41,094 nt of DNA from contig NW_021835239.1 of assembly GCF_006345805.1 (NCBI RefSeq), positions 1 through 41,094 of the forward strand, given 5' to 3'. Numbering within the stretch: position 1 is the stretch's first letter; every line of letters begins with the position of its first letter. The position numbers and the translations under genes are program-made. This DNA comes from Octopus sinensis (lineage: Eukaryota). Of this stretch, positions 12,319 through 24,150 are shown piece after piece. The notes under the pieces were generated by a model that was given only the letters and a program-made list of their open reading frames with translations, was not told the origin of the DNA and searched no databases.

Positions 12319-13346
12319 TCAGCTAAGCTTTTTTAATCTTGAAACATGTACGTCAGTAATCTTAGTTGTCTCATGAACAGTGGAGTTGTAATTAAATACA
12401 ATGTCTTTAAGAATGTCCAGATAACGTCCGAATTGATCACGTGACCCACTTGCGGAAGAAATCCATCTTTTAATCGATTGATTAAATCTATTTCTTTAAC
12501 GATAACTTTTAAACCTTTCAACTTGGCCCTGGATCCATGGAGCTCTTGCTCTGCCGAAAACATGTTTTATTGAATACTTTTCGCATAATTCATCCATAGC
12601 GGTATTCTTAAATTCCTTACCATTGTCCGTGTGCAAAATGACCGGAGGCCCTAATAGAACACTTATTGGAAATGGACTTACCAATATAATAAAACGCTCG
12701 CTGGAATAGACTTGTTATTTCTTCAACTGTCTTCGTTTTTGACATTTCCACAACAACATACTTGGAAAAAGAGTCTATAATTACTAAATCTAAAAATATA
12801 AATCGAATGTAATACCCAGCAAAAAGAATCATTTAGAGAGGAGTAACGTCTAAGATTTATCAAATCAGCGATGTATCTGTCACGAGGTCTCTTAGCGATT
12901 ATTAGAGTTATTTGAGGCTTTGTAGCCATCAATTTCTTTGACTAACAAATATAGATCAAAAAATACCTGACAAAATGAACATTTTGACACAATCTGAGCA
13001 ACTTCGGATCGGGCAACATCGTAATAACGATTACGAAGTTTGTCGAATAGACGATCTCGTCCAAACAAAGTGATCCATATTATGTTCTGACTGACCATGT
13101 TTAACAATAGCTAACCTCGATGTGTTTTAGCTTTAGCTCATATTCCTCGACCGCAAAAAAACGACGTTCAGTATCTTCATGTAAGATGTAAGTTTTTCCG
13201 TCTTTAAAGCGGAATAGATTCGAAATTTTTCTTAGTCTGTATCTTTTTTTCTTGTCGACATCTTTGAAAGATTTTGGATCGCGATCAGAATTAAGATAAT
13301 CCTTAATTTGTTCTAATTCTTCCAAAAAAAGCTTCACTAAAACCAT
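12319..13346 (-). pseudogene. Ginger-type (rve, HHCC) integrase/transposase copy A, five tiny introns, 3'-truncated
   Basis: Spliced product: MVLVKLF...HIE|SEHNMDHFGRDRL...CSFCQ|SKKLMATKP...PRDRYIADL...FCW|ILVIIDSFSK...YYIG|PPVILHTDNGKEF...QGQVER|FNQSIKRW. Introns at 13091-13115, 12942-12966, 12790-12815, 12651-12681 and 12488-12514. It has a 4-nt duplication (TTTG) and an inferred 1-nt deletion after the third intron. Confidence 0.88.
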
Positions 13347-13413
13347 GTGGCAAATTGAAATAATTATTTTTTTTATTAGTTATAATATGTCACCGTCCGC
13401 TGAATGGACCACG

Positions 13414-14638
13414 CCGTTGAGTGGACCGACAACTTTTTATTAAAATAAAAATGTAATTTTTATGAAATAGATGACAATTGAATTATTTTAAGTTAATAGA
13501 TAATATTATAGCTAATAAAAAAATTATTATTTCAAATTGCCGCATGGTTTTAGTGAAGCTTTTTTTGCAAGAAATAGAACAAATTAAGGATTATATTAAT
13601 TCTGATCGCGATCCAACATCTTTTAAAGATGTCGACAAGAAAAAAAGATACAGACTAAGAAAAATTGCTTATGACAACATTCTTGTGGCAGCGGACAAAA
13701 TGATAAAGAGACGAAAGTGGAAATACGACGAAGATGCGATAATTGAGGGAGATCGGGTGATTTTAAGAACTGATTTGGACTCAAATCGACCAAAGCTGCC
13801 TTGTAATGGAGACTTGTAAAGTTAGGGCTTAATAGGGGTTTCTGTCAAGTTAGAGTTGGTTTTAAAAATTAGGATTTAGTAAAAGTTTGATATTAATTGG
13901 ATTGGTTACAATTAGGGTTAGGGTTGGTTACGTTAAGCGTTAGGGTTTGGTTAGGGTTAGGGTTGGCTCTTAAAATTAGGCTTAATTATGTTAAGCGTTA
14001 GGGTTTGGTTAGGGTTAGGGTTGGCTTTTAGAATTAAACTTAATTATGTTAAGCGTTAGGGTTTGGTTAGGGTTGGCTTTTAGAATTAGGCTTAATTATG
14101 TTAAGCGTTAGGGTCTGGTTAGGGTTAGGGTTGGCTTTTAGAATTAAACTTAATTATGTTAAGCGTTAGGGTTTGGTTAGGGTTGGCTTTTAGAATTAGG
14201 CTTAATTATGTTAAGCGTTAGGGTCTGGTTAGGGTTGGCTATTAGAATTAGGCTTAATTATGTTTAGCGTTAGGGTTTTGTTAGTGTTTGGTTGGCTTTT
14301 AGAATTAACTTAATTATGTTTAGTGTTAGGGTTTGGTTAGTATTTGGGTTGGCTTTTAGAATTACGCTGATATTGTTAATTTAACTTACTAGTTTTTTTA
14401 AATAAAAGTAATTTTTTAATTAATTTGTAATGGATAACCACTAAAAATAATAAAAATACGTTAATTAATCAATATTCTTTTTAATTATTGGGTTTGTTGG
14501 TTTTGTACATATCTAATTTTTTCAGAAGTCACGAAAACCATTAAAAATAGCTTTAAGATGGGACTTAGAAAAATTAAGACATATTTTATACGGATAGAAT
14601 TAATAAAAATGACATTTTGAAATTGGTCCATTCAACGG
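13414..14638 (+). mobile_element. Internally deleted sister copy (A') of the integrase element, bounded by 14-bp TIRs and containing a telomere-like array
   Basis: CCGTTGAGTGGACC (13414-13427; second copy 13397-13410) versus GGTCCATTCAACGG (14625-14638), 13/14 inverted match. ORF from ATG 13544 joins the N-terminus of copy A directly to an integrase C-terminal segment (EGDRVILRTDLDSN). No TSD found. Confidence 0.7.
13900..14360. repeat. Telomere-like (TTAGGG-rich) minisatellite with 52/58-bp units
   Basis: Unit GGTTGGCTTTTAGAATTAGGCTTAATTATGTTAAGCGTTAGGGTTTGGTTAG(GGTTAG). Confidence 0.95.
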
Positions 14639-14639
14639 G

Positions 14640-15800
14640 AGGCCAAGTTAGACTTGCTAACCAGGAAACGAAACATATGCATTGTATGCTACATCGATAT
14701 GCACTTGCTGCAAAAACATTACCTTCAGATTTAAGATATGTTCTCGATGATGTCGTACATATCATAAATTATATTAAAAAGAGTGCTTCAGACTTATTTG
14801 CGAAGAATTTGAAAAGGATGGAAAGGCTTTGTTATTCCACACGGAGGTGAGATGGCTATCTCGGGGAAACATTCTTGCAGAGTTTTTTCTTTGAGGAATG
14901 AATTATCTGAATATTTTATTTCGAAAACCATTCAAATCATCGGAATTTATTTCGAAATAATGGATAGTTCATGGCTATCTAAACTTGCTTACTTGAGGAT
15001 GTCTTTTCTCGTATAAATTCACTCAACAAATCGCTTCAGGGAAGACATGAAACAATAATTGATTTTGTGGAAAAATTAAGTTTGTTAACTGTTTCATATT
15101 AATTATTAGTGCTTTTTTGATGAAGTTAACACTGTGGAAAAAAAAGTAAAACCAAATAATTTTACTATGTTTGAATCTTTTGAAGAACAATCTGTAAAAT
15201 AGATGCATTTGAAATCAAAAAAATAACCGAACTTATTTATGCACATTTTACATATCTTCAACAAGAAGTAATAAATTTTTCCAGAATTGAACGAAATTGA
15301 TTTGAAATACATTCGTACACCATTCAGTGTTGATCCACGTTTGGTCGATGAAAATATCGAAGAGGCTTTTATTGACATGATCAATAATTCAAACGCAAGA
15401 GATTTGATGAAAAACTTGCTTTATCAATTTTTGTTGCGAAATGTGTAAGCATTATCCTTTTGTAAGCGCAATGCATTAAATTTGTTGCTTATATTCCCGA
15501 CAACATATTTATGCGAACATGGCTTCTCAGCACTTCTCAATATAAAAAATAATCATCGCGCAAGACTGAATATTGAAGATGACATCAGGGTTTGCTTGTC
15601 GACAACCGAGCCTCTTATTGAAAAAATTGCCTCGAAAAAACAATATCAACCTTCTCACTAATTTTCTCTATTGATTTAATAAAAAATTTTGTTTTTAGAT
15701 AAGTAAAATTTTTTTGACAAAAACTTAATAATATGTAGGGGTCCGCAAAATTTTTCATTTACTCACAAGGTTCGCGGACAAAAAAGGTTGAAGACCACTG
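14640..15800 (+). mobile_element. hAT (Buster/Charlie) transposon 3' half, decayed
   Basis: HCMLHRYALAAK, FHTEVRWLSRG, AFLMKLTLWKK, TTYLCEHGFSAL. Terminal GGTTGAAGACCACTG ends at 15800, followed by an nnnTAnnn-type site CACTAGGG. Confidence 0.85.
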
Positions 15801-15824
15801 CACTAGGGCAACCAAAAATCATAT

Positions 15825-18800
15825 ATGCTTATCAAAATAAGTCATTTTGTGTGTTGTTTATATAATTCTTGTGGTGAGGTGAGTGAGCGAAATATAATGA
15901 AAGAAGAAAACTCCAAGACGATGGAAACTCTTCGGATAGTTGGGAGGGATCCCTCTATCTGTTATGGGTGTAATAAGATCAACACCAGGAAATGTGGCGT
16001 TTACTGTTCAATGTGTAATAAATTCTGGCATATTAGCTGCGCGCACCTTACCAAAGCCGCAGTGAAATTACTCCGGCGCTGGAGCTGCCACTGTTGTATG
16101 GCTTTACTCGGAATCGCGGCTTTGCAGCATCAGTCTCCTTCGCTTTATGAACCCAAATCAGAACACTATATTCTCAAAATTTCCAACTTACGGAAATCTA
16201 AGAAGATACCATTACGTATCCCTAAACAGGCTCGGATCTCAGCGGCAAACTGCTTGTGCGATCTTATCACTGATGCGCTAAGCTCCGGGGGGACCATTCT
16301 TGGATCCGTCTCCTCTCTTTTGCACCTTGTGTGTTTGGACAAGCAATTGATGGTTCAGTACAAAAGAAGAGTCTCTCGGCTGCCATTAAGTCGAACTCTG
16401 CGAGATTGGATGTCTCATGGATTGATTTCGATTGTGAAGCGACCAATTACCAAACGTGCATCACGGAAAAATCCCCCCAGTGGTTCAAAACCCAAGTTAG
16501 TCGTAAACTCATGGATGGCGACATCCGTGCGGCAGTTCGGGTCCTTTCGTCCGCTGATTCACTTGCTGAATCTACTGCCGAGACTTTGGAACACCTCAAA
16601 AACAAACATCCGATGCCCCCAGATGACTTACGGGAGTTTCCCACACGAGACAATGCAATTATACTGTCAATTTCTGATGATGAAATTTTGGAAGGGATTA
16701 AATCTTTCAGACCGAGTAGCAGTGGGGGATTTGATGGTCTCCGGCCGAGTCATATAAAGGACGATTTCCCGACTGACTATGGAGACTGGAATCCGCCTGA
16801 TCAAGTGTATTACCAAGCTTGTCGAACGGATTGTCAATGCTGAGATTTTAGGCTTTGCAAGGGATCTACTTTTCTGTTCACACCTTATTGCTTTCCGAAA
16901 GAACGATGAAGGAGTCCGCCCCATTGCAGTCGGTAATGTCTTCCGGAGGCTCGCATGCAAAATTGCAGCCCGAAGAGTCTGTCCCCGTGTTGCCGCTGAA
17001 TTATTCCAGTCCAACTGGGAGTTGGTGTTTCCAACGGATGTGAAGCTGCTGTCCACGCGACAAGAGCTTTTTTTTCACCTGACACAAGACATTCCCCAAA
17101 TTCCTTTGCGGTGAAGCTGGATATCTCAAACGCGTTCAACAGTCTGAGAAGGGACTGTATGCTGGAATCGTGCTCGCAGCGTACCCCAGAGATCATGAGT
17201 CTGGCTCACCTTGCTTACGGGTCCGAAAGTTCGCTTGTCTTTGACAAACACATTGTCCGTTCCACGGACTGGAGTCCAACAAGGTGACCCTTTTGGGCCC
17301 TACTATTCGCTCTGTCAATCGACGAGGTGGCTCGTAATGTAAAGACACCTCTCAACCTTTGGTACCTTGACGATGCCACTATTGGTGGCCCTGTTGATGT
17401 CGTCTTGGATGAGTTATATAAAATTGTTCCTGCCCTGGCAAAAATGGGGCTGATAATCAACACCAAAAAAACTGAGATCATAAATATCTCAGTCCCAATT
17501 CAAGACTTTGGCTTAGTAATGGAAAAGATTTCAGAAATCTTGCCAGACACAAAACAAACACGCCTCAACGATGTTTATTTTCTTGGGTGTCCTTTCGGAG
17601 AGTCCGAAGTGCAAAACCACCTCAGAGCTAAGAGTGTCGAAATGTCCCGTTTTACTGAACGCCTCTCTCTACTCGACTCCCACACGGCCTTTTTCCTCCT
17701 CAAAAATTGCATCCACGTGCCCAAACTGTTATATTTATGAGATGCTCGCCCTGCTTTATACAAGATGAAATATTGCATTCTATCGATGATACGTTAAGAT
17801 TGTGTGCCGAGTGGATCCTAAATGTCCGTTTCGATAATGATGGGTGGACCCAGTGTAAACTACCTCTTAATTCTGGCGGAGCTGGCCTAAGATCCGCCCT
17901 GGACCTTGCCCTCCAGCTTTCCTGTCCTCTCACTCATCCTGCCGAAGGCTATCCTTGGAGATTCTACATAAATCCCCCGAATCTTCTTTGGACAGGCCTT
18001 TTGAAGATGGATGTATGCTGTGGAAGGAATCAGGATTAAAATTCCCGATCCAAACATCACTCCAACAGAGCTGGGACAAATTACGCTGCGAATTCACCGC
18101 AGACAACCTGGCAATGAGGCTCGACCAGCACCGCCTCGCCTGCTTACGCTCTGCAGCTGTGCCACACAGTGGGTCATGGCTGAATGCTATGCCAATTGCT
18201 GGCCTCGGAACATTATTAGAGGATGACTGCATGCGTATCGGTACTGCACTGAGACTCGGACTTGACATCTGCGAACAACATCGTTGTAGATGTGGAAAAA
18301 TGGTTGACGTCAAAGGTGTACACCCACTCTCTTGCAAACGAAGTGCTGGCCGAGCTCCTCGGCACTCCGCTATTAACAATGTTATCTTAAGAGCTCTTGA
18401 GTCGGCGGGCTTCCTTCGATCCTAGAGCCAGTGGGCTTAGATCGTGGAGATGGGAAAAGACCCGATGGAATGACACTTTTCCCTACTCCTGTGGAAAATC
18501 GTTGGTTTGGGATTCAACGTGTGTTGACACCCATTCCAAAACTAATATGATCTCTTCTGCTGTTCTCCAGGTTCTGCAGCAGATGCTGCAGAGCAAAGAA
18601 AAATTGCCAAATACGCAAATCTTGGACAACGGTACCGCTTCGTACCTATCGCTGTGGAGACTTCTGGGGTAACCGGCCCTCTTACGACTTCTTTCATCAG
18701 AGAAGTCGGAGGAAAAGTTGCTAGGCGACGTGGGGAGCCTCGAGAAGTGTCATGGTTATTCCAACAAATTGGAATAGCTGTCGTTCGCGGCAATGCACAC

Positions 18801-18878
18801 TCCATCATGCGTGCAACCGCAAGTGCCTTTTAATCATTGACTAACTTATTTCAATAATTACTTTGAATAAAAAAAAAA
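15825..18878 (+). mobile_element. CRE-clade RLE non-LTR retrotransposon with N-terminal PHD finger, frameshifted
   Basis: C4HC3 finger (CYGC...CSMC...HISC...WSCHCC); RT motifs SSGGFDGLRPSH, RPIAVGNVFRRL, LDISNAFNS, QQGDP.GPLLF, WYLDD; RLE RGDGKRPDG...WDSTCVDT...AVETSG; AATAAA and A-tail at 18866-18878. Confidence 0.88.
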
Positions 18879-19269
18879 TTATATTAATTAAATATTTTAA
18901 TTAATTTTTTTAACTATTTAACACTTATTAAAAGGTCATATACAGTAAACCAAAATAAAAAACGAATACTACATTTTTCCTAAAATTTCCAAGAAACGAA
19001 TCAAAAAAATATCTAAATAGAATTTTAACAATATATAAACAATAACTAATATTTTTATTTTTGCAAAAAAATATATTTACCGCCTTTTTACAGCAAAAGT
19101 ATAATCTGAACCAAAATAAAAAACGAACAAAATTTTGTATTTGTAAATGTTATTAAATATGTGATTTTTTTAAAAATTATTAATATTTTGCACGCTATAA
19201 TAACTTATTATAGCCAGACAATTGAGTTTTGAAGAAAAGGGAACAATATCGGTATTTACAATTTCTAGT

Positions 19270-20029
19270 GTTTGGCGCTTGGGTCTTAACGGGTTTCTAA
19301 ATGTTACTCGTTTTGCTCTTTCGTCTGTTAAAACTTTTTTTCCGTTCACTTTTTAGAGCACCTACCTTGACGCTAGATTTTGTTTTCAACCCATCCGCGA
19401 CACTTTTAAAAATGTTTTTAAAGCTCGCGGTTTTTTCATTTGGGCATCAGTATGTCTTATCTTTTGTTTTTGCTTTTTACTCCTTTTGTTCTTCTGTGTG
19501 CTTTTGATTATCATTGTTATCTTGGATAAAATTTATTCAAGATCTTATCCTGCACTTGTGGCCTATGATGGTTCTTGGGATCATAACGATACGGGCTATC
19601 GACACTATGGTCTTGTTGCCCGTGTCCATGTTTTGCAGTGAACGTTTTAAACATCCCATAATTCCAATGAAACAATTAAAAGACTATTCATTCGTCAATT
19701 TCACATTGAACAACCTAACCCGCGCAAAACAAGCCACGCACATCCTGTGTGTTCTGGCTTTCGCTCCAAATTCAGGTCCGCGTTACGTTCATTCGCACAA
19801 CAACATGACCTTACACTTCATTGTTTTGAGGGCGCTCGTCCGGATGGTTATGCCAGCACTCGTGGTTGGCACGTTGCCCCGGACGTCACGATGCACGTCG
19901 TGGACGACCCAATTAACTCGATCTGGTCGAGCTTGTCGACGTGGATTACTACGTTGACTTGGCTGATATTTGTTGTAACTTGCGTCCCGTTTGCCTTTAT
20001 ACGGCAAACCCGAAGCTTACCGGTGGTGT
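19270..20029 (+). pseudogene. Nodavirus-like protein A endogenous viral element, part 1 (hydrophobic anchor and capping/methyltransferase domain)
   Basis: Hydrophobic stretch (FFIWASVCLIFCFCFLLLLFFCVLLIIIVIL), HPVCSGFR (H-x6-R, 19741), GWHVAPDV, LVDVDYYVDL (DVDYY at 19938-19952), RPVCLYTANP. About three frameshifts. The 5' boundary is approximate. Confidence 0.8.
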
Positions 20030-23000
20030 GTGTCAACTGAAAAAATGTGTCAACTGCGGTTCTTCGAGCCACTTGGCAAATTATCGGGGCTGTGAGAAAG
20101 CTAAAGAAGCTTCAAAGCTGAAAAATGATAAAATTCTGGTTCAGAAACTGTTAAAAGAAGCTTCGGAGAATGCTAAAATCAACCAAACAGACATAAAAAA
20201 TTTACCCTTGAAGCCATGGGCGGGATGGAACGTTCCAAGAGTTAAGAAAACAATTGAAGCTGGAACACAGACAGAGGAAACAACTATATCTCACTCGGCG
20301 GTGCAGACTTTGTCGACTTCAGGAGCTGGGTCAATGACGGGTCGACCTCGAGCTGACTTAATTAGTGAGCTCGAAAGATCTATTAAGGACGTGAGCAGAA
20401 CTAAAAAAGATGCCAAGCTTTTACTCGGTTTGGTGGCTCTCCTAAAAGAGGGAAGCAGCCACCAAATAAATCAAACGTGACCAGGATTACCCTGGTTAAT
20501 GCCCGCTCTCTTCGAAAGCGGGCAGCAGAGCTGATAGCTCTTATCAGCACAGTTCAGATGGATGTATTTATCATTAACAAGACGAAAATGAAGAAATCTG
20601 GAAGTATCACTATTCCTGGATACAGCTCGATTGATATTCCTTGGCATCCTGGTGCTAACGCCGGCACAGGAACATCAATATTTTACAAAAAGTCTATTGA
20701 CATTCGGAATCCAAGAATAATTGAACAAAATGTATGTGAATTAGCATCCATTGATTTAAAAACTTCTAATGGATGGATAACCGTTGGAGGTATATACTCC
20801 AAAAGGTTGAAAGATTATTCGTCGATTGTCAAAAATTTTATGGAAGGAAATGAAAATCCAATTCTTGTTGGAGACTTAAATGCGAAGCATACTGCATATG
20901 GGTGCGTGAAGTCAAATCAGGATGGAAATTGTTTACTTAAGATCAAAAAAACCTCAAATTTTCAAATTTTAACGTCTGAAGAGCTTAACCACTTTCAGCA
21001 GCAAGGTGGTGATCGATTAGGATTGTTTATTGTTGCAAATGCCTTAAGTGGTTTGTGTGACCGCCCTTATGTTGAAAATGATGTTGGGAGTGACCATCTT
21101 CCGCAAACGATGAAACTACGAACGGAAGCAGTTCTCACTGAGGATGTATTTCTTGGTTATAATATCAGCAACATTAATTGGAATCATTTTAACTTTTATA
21201 TGTCTATGAAATTGGCAAATACTCAAGAATTGAAAATACTAAATCTTGACGAGATCAATTATTTGGATGAAAGAATGAGGAACATTATTCGAAGTTATCT
21301 GGAGGACTATGGAAAAAAGAGGTTTCTCTTCTCGTACAAAAATCGATTGATAAATGAAGAGCAATCCAAACTACTTCGTGAAAAAAGGAACTTGGAAAGT
21401 AAACTAAAGCGGTGTTGGGACCCGCAAGACGCTATCTTCCTCAAACAAAGAATAAAATCGATTAAAAACTTATCAAAGGAATTATCTAAGGATATAGTAG
21501 AGGAGAGCTGGAAAAAAGAATGCTCTAAACTCTCTCACAAAAATCCGAATTTTTGGAAACTTTTCTCAAAGATGAGTTCTGATAAAAAGGGTGAAGAGAT
21601 AAAACTCAAGTCCAGTGATGGCAATCTGATTCCAAGAGAGGAAGTACCTGAGAAGTTAAAAGAGCAGCTAGCTAAGATTCAAGAAGTGCACCCTTTGTCT
21701 ATTATTTCTCAGACTATACAAAATGAGACGTGTATTTGGGAGTTACTATCGCTTACGGAGGGACCATTATGTGGAGCTATTTCTATGGAAGAAATCAAAT
21801 TAGCAATACACGGATGTAAAAATAAATCCCCTGGTTGGGACTACATACCGATGATTATCTTCAAAAAGGCGGGAATGCCTTTATTATGTGAATTATGGAA
21901 GTTATTTAACTCTTCGTGGAGTATTGGACATGTTCCCCAAGCATGGAAGAGGACAATTGTTCGCATGATCCCGAAGAAAGGAAAACCAAGTTCGGATCCT
22001 GCAAATTACAGACCAATCAGCCTCATATGTTCTATCTCAAAAATCATGGAAAAAATTGTCTTCAAAAGACTATCAACTTATATTGAAGATAAACAGTATC
22101 TCTTGAAAGAGCAATGGGGTTTTCGACGGAACAAGGGCACTGGAAATTGCTTTTCACTGTTAAAGGAGGCCATATCTACAGCACAAAGGAAAAAAGAGTA
22201 TCTTACGGCTGCATGTCTAGACATATCAAAAGCATTTGATAGCGTCTGGCATGCCGGGCTATTACGAACTTTATACAGTTTTAACGTTGGAAAGGCAGCC
22301 CTAGTTTGGATGAAGAGTTTCCTCTCGGAAAGAGAATCGTTTGTACGGGTCGGTAACCAATTATCGAAAGAGAATTTTGCTTAAGAGAGGAGTTCCGCAG
22401 GGATCTGTCATCAGTCCACTTTTATTTAACTGTGTGATGTGCGACATCCCTCAAGTGGATCTCCCTAGCATGGAGATGGTCATCTACGCAGATATTTTAA
22501 TTATGGATTTCTCTATGAGCAAATCAATATCGTGGAAAAGAACCCATTGTCATATCGAAAAAATTGGCAAATGGTGCCAGGATAAAGGCTTGTCTTTATC
22601 TTTTGAAAAAAGCACTGTTTGCTGGATCGGTGGAAGGAGAAGGAAACATGATGTTTGTATTAACACCGGAGCGATAAAACCCGTGGATGATCTTAAATAC
22701 CTCGGAAAAGTTGTGGATGCAACTGGTTCGTTCAATATGTATATAAGGAAGAGAAAGAACAAGGCTACCCAAATGTTGAAAGCTCTGATGCGATTCCAGC
22801 TAAAACCGGAAACGTTCTTATACGTATACTCTGCGTGTATAGAACCCTTCCTGATCTATGGATCTCAAGGATGATTCGGAAGCTGCAAAGGAAAGAAACA
22901 TATTGATCTTTTGGAGAAAACGCGGAGATATGCCATTAAACTGGCACATGGCTTAGACTTAAAATCCAAACTAACCCCAGAGCTGGAGGGATCGGTACGA

Positions 23001-23208
23001 TCCATTGAAAAACTGTTGCATCACTTAAATAAATAGTGGTGCAAGGGGTCGTTATTTTTATCGAGGGGACATCTGGTGTCCCATTAGAGTTGACCCCAAT
23101 CAGCAAACAAACTTGTTTCTTCCGTCTCCTTGGTTTCGTTTGGCTCTTCTCTCCCCTTTTAATCTAGTGACGAGTTTGTTACATAGAAAATAAACATTTC
23201 AATAGCAA
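20030..23208 (+). mobile_element. 5'-truncated APE-type LINE (I/Jockey-like) with 13-bp TSD
   Basis: TSD TTACCGGTGGTGT at 20017-20029 and 23209-23221. ORF1 zinc knuckle KCVNCGSSSHLANYRGC; ORF2 APE (VGDLNAKH, SDHLP) and RT (YRPISL, LDISKAFDSVWH, GVPQGS) with a frameshift near 22370. AATAAA at 23189-23194. Confidence 0.93.
20477..22874 (+). pseudogene. LINE ORF2 (AP endonuclease plus reverse transcriptase), frameshifted, YADD motif damaged
   Basis: ORFs 20477-22384 and 22341-22874. The second reads YADILI. Confidence 0.9.
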
Positions 23209-23221
23209 TTACCGGTGGTGT

Positions 23222-24150
23222 CCTTCCTGAGGGTGAAGGCTTCTATTACTTCGACCATGATAGTAATCTTGTGACTCAAATTAATGGTTGCTCTGTGTAT
23301 CGTCACCGCATTTACGATTTTTCAAACGACTATTTCGTCTGCTGAAATCGTAAAGGCTGGTTCAATTGGTTACTCAGCTTTTTCATAAATGTACAGACCG
23401 TAGTTCGTATAGATGTTTTAAATAACGATGATTACCACCAGGTTGTTTTACTAACACCTGTGAGAACCCTCTATGCTGACTTCGTTTCTCCCATCCAGAA
23501 ACAAATTGTTAAGCCTAAGAATTTGGTTTATGGTGATCTGGTCCTTCAATGGAACACTAGCGGGAACCACCTCGCTGTTTCCGTTTTATGCCAACACAAG
23601 TCCGTCCTCGTTCCCTACGAGTCTTTCTCTCGATTTCTTGCTTCGTTGTACTCGCCTAGTGATCCAAACCCGTCAAGTTGAGTTCAAGCACTTGACGATA
23701 GAGCTTCTCACTATTACATGTTGCATTTCGCGAACCATTATAGGCAAACCGGCATCAAACCCTCGATTCCTGTTTATTCTGGTTTGGACATTAAGCTCCA
23801 CACGGACGCTGACGATGAGCCCAAACCGGCTTAGCGTGAATATTGTCCAAAATTGACCGGTTCCAGCCCCAACATCACCGATCAACAGCTCAAAGACACC
23901 GTGACCCCTGCTTTATTTCGTTATAATAACTTTATGAGCGTGGTTGAGGTGTCCAAATTCGACCAATTCCTCCCTTACGTCGACAGTTATGTGGATTAAA
24001 TTCTTTCTTCATTGGGCGGTCGCACACTCGTCCCTTTTGAACCTGAGGACGTCTTTGCCAGACAGTCCAAAGCACTCCAACGCGCTCGCAATTCCATGTT
24101 GAATAATCTCGACCGTTACGTAGAACAACGTCTGTACACAACGTCGTCTG
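23222..24150 (+). pseudogene. Nodavirus-like protein A EVE, part 2; ends before the RdRp core
   Basis: One frame: LPEGEGFYYFD...VYRHRIYDF...DDYHQVVLLTP...DEPKPA*REYCP...LVPFEPEDVFARQSKALQRAR. In-frame stops at 23343, 23679, 23832 and 23997. Confidence 0.8.

Noticed and set aside
11535-14360. True chromosome ends or a telomere fusion site
   Set aside because: The repeats are degenerate and continue outward into homologous unique DNA. Their polarity is opposite to an end-to-end fusion, which gives TTAGGG followed by CCCTAA.
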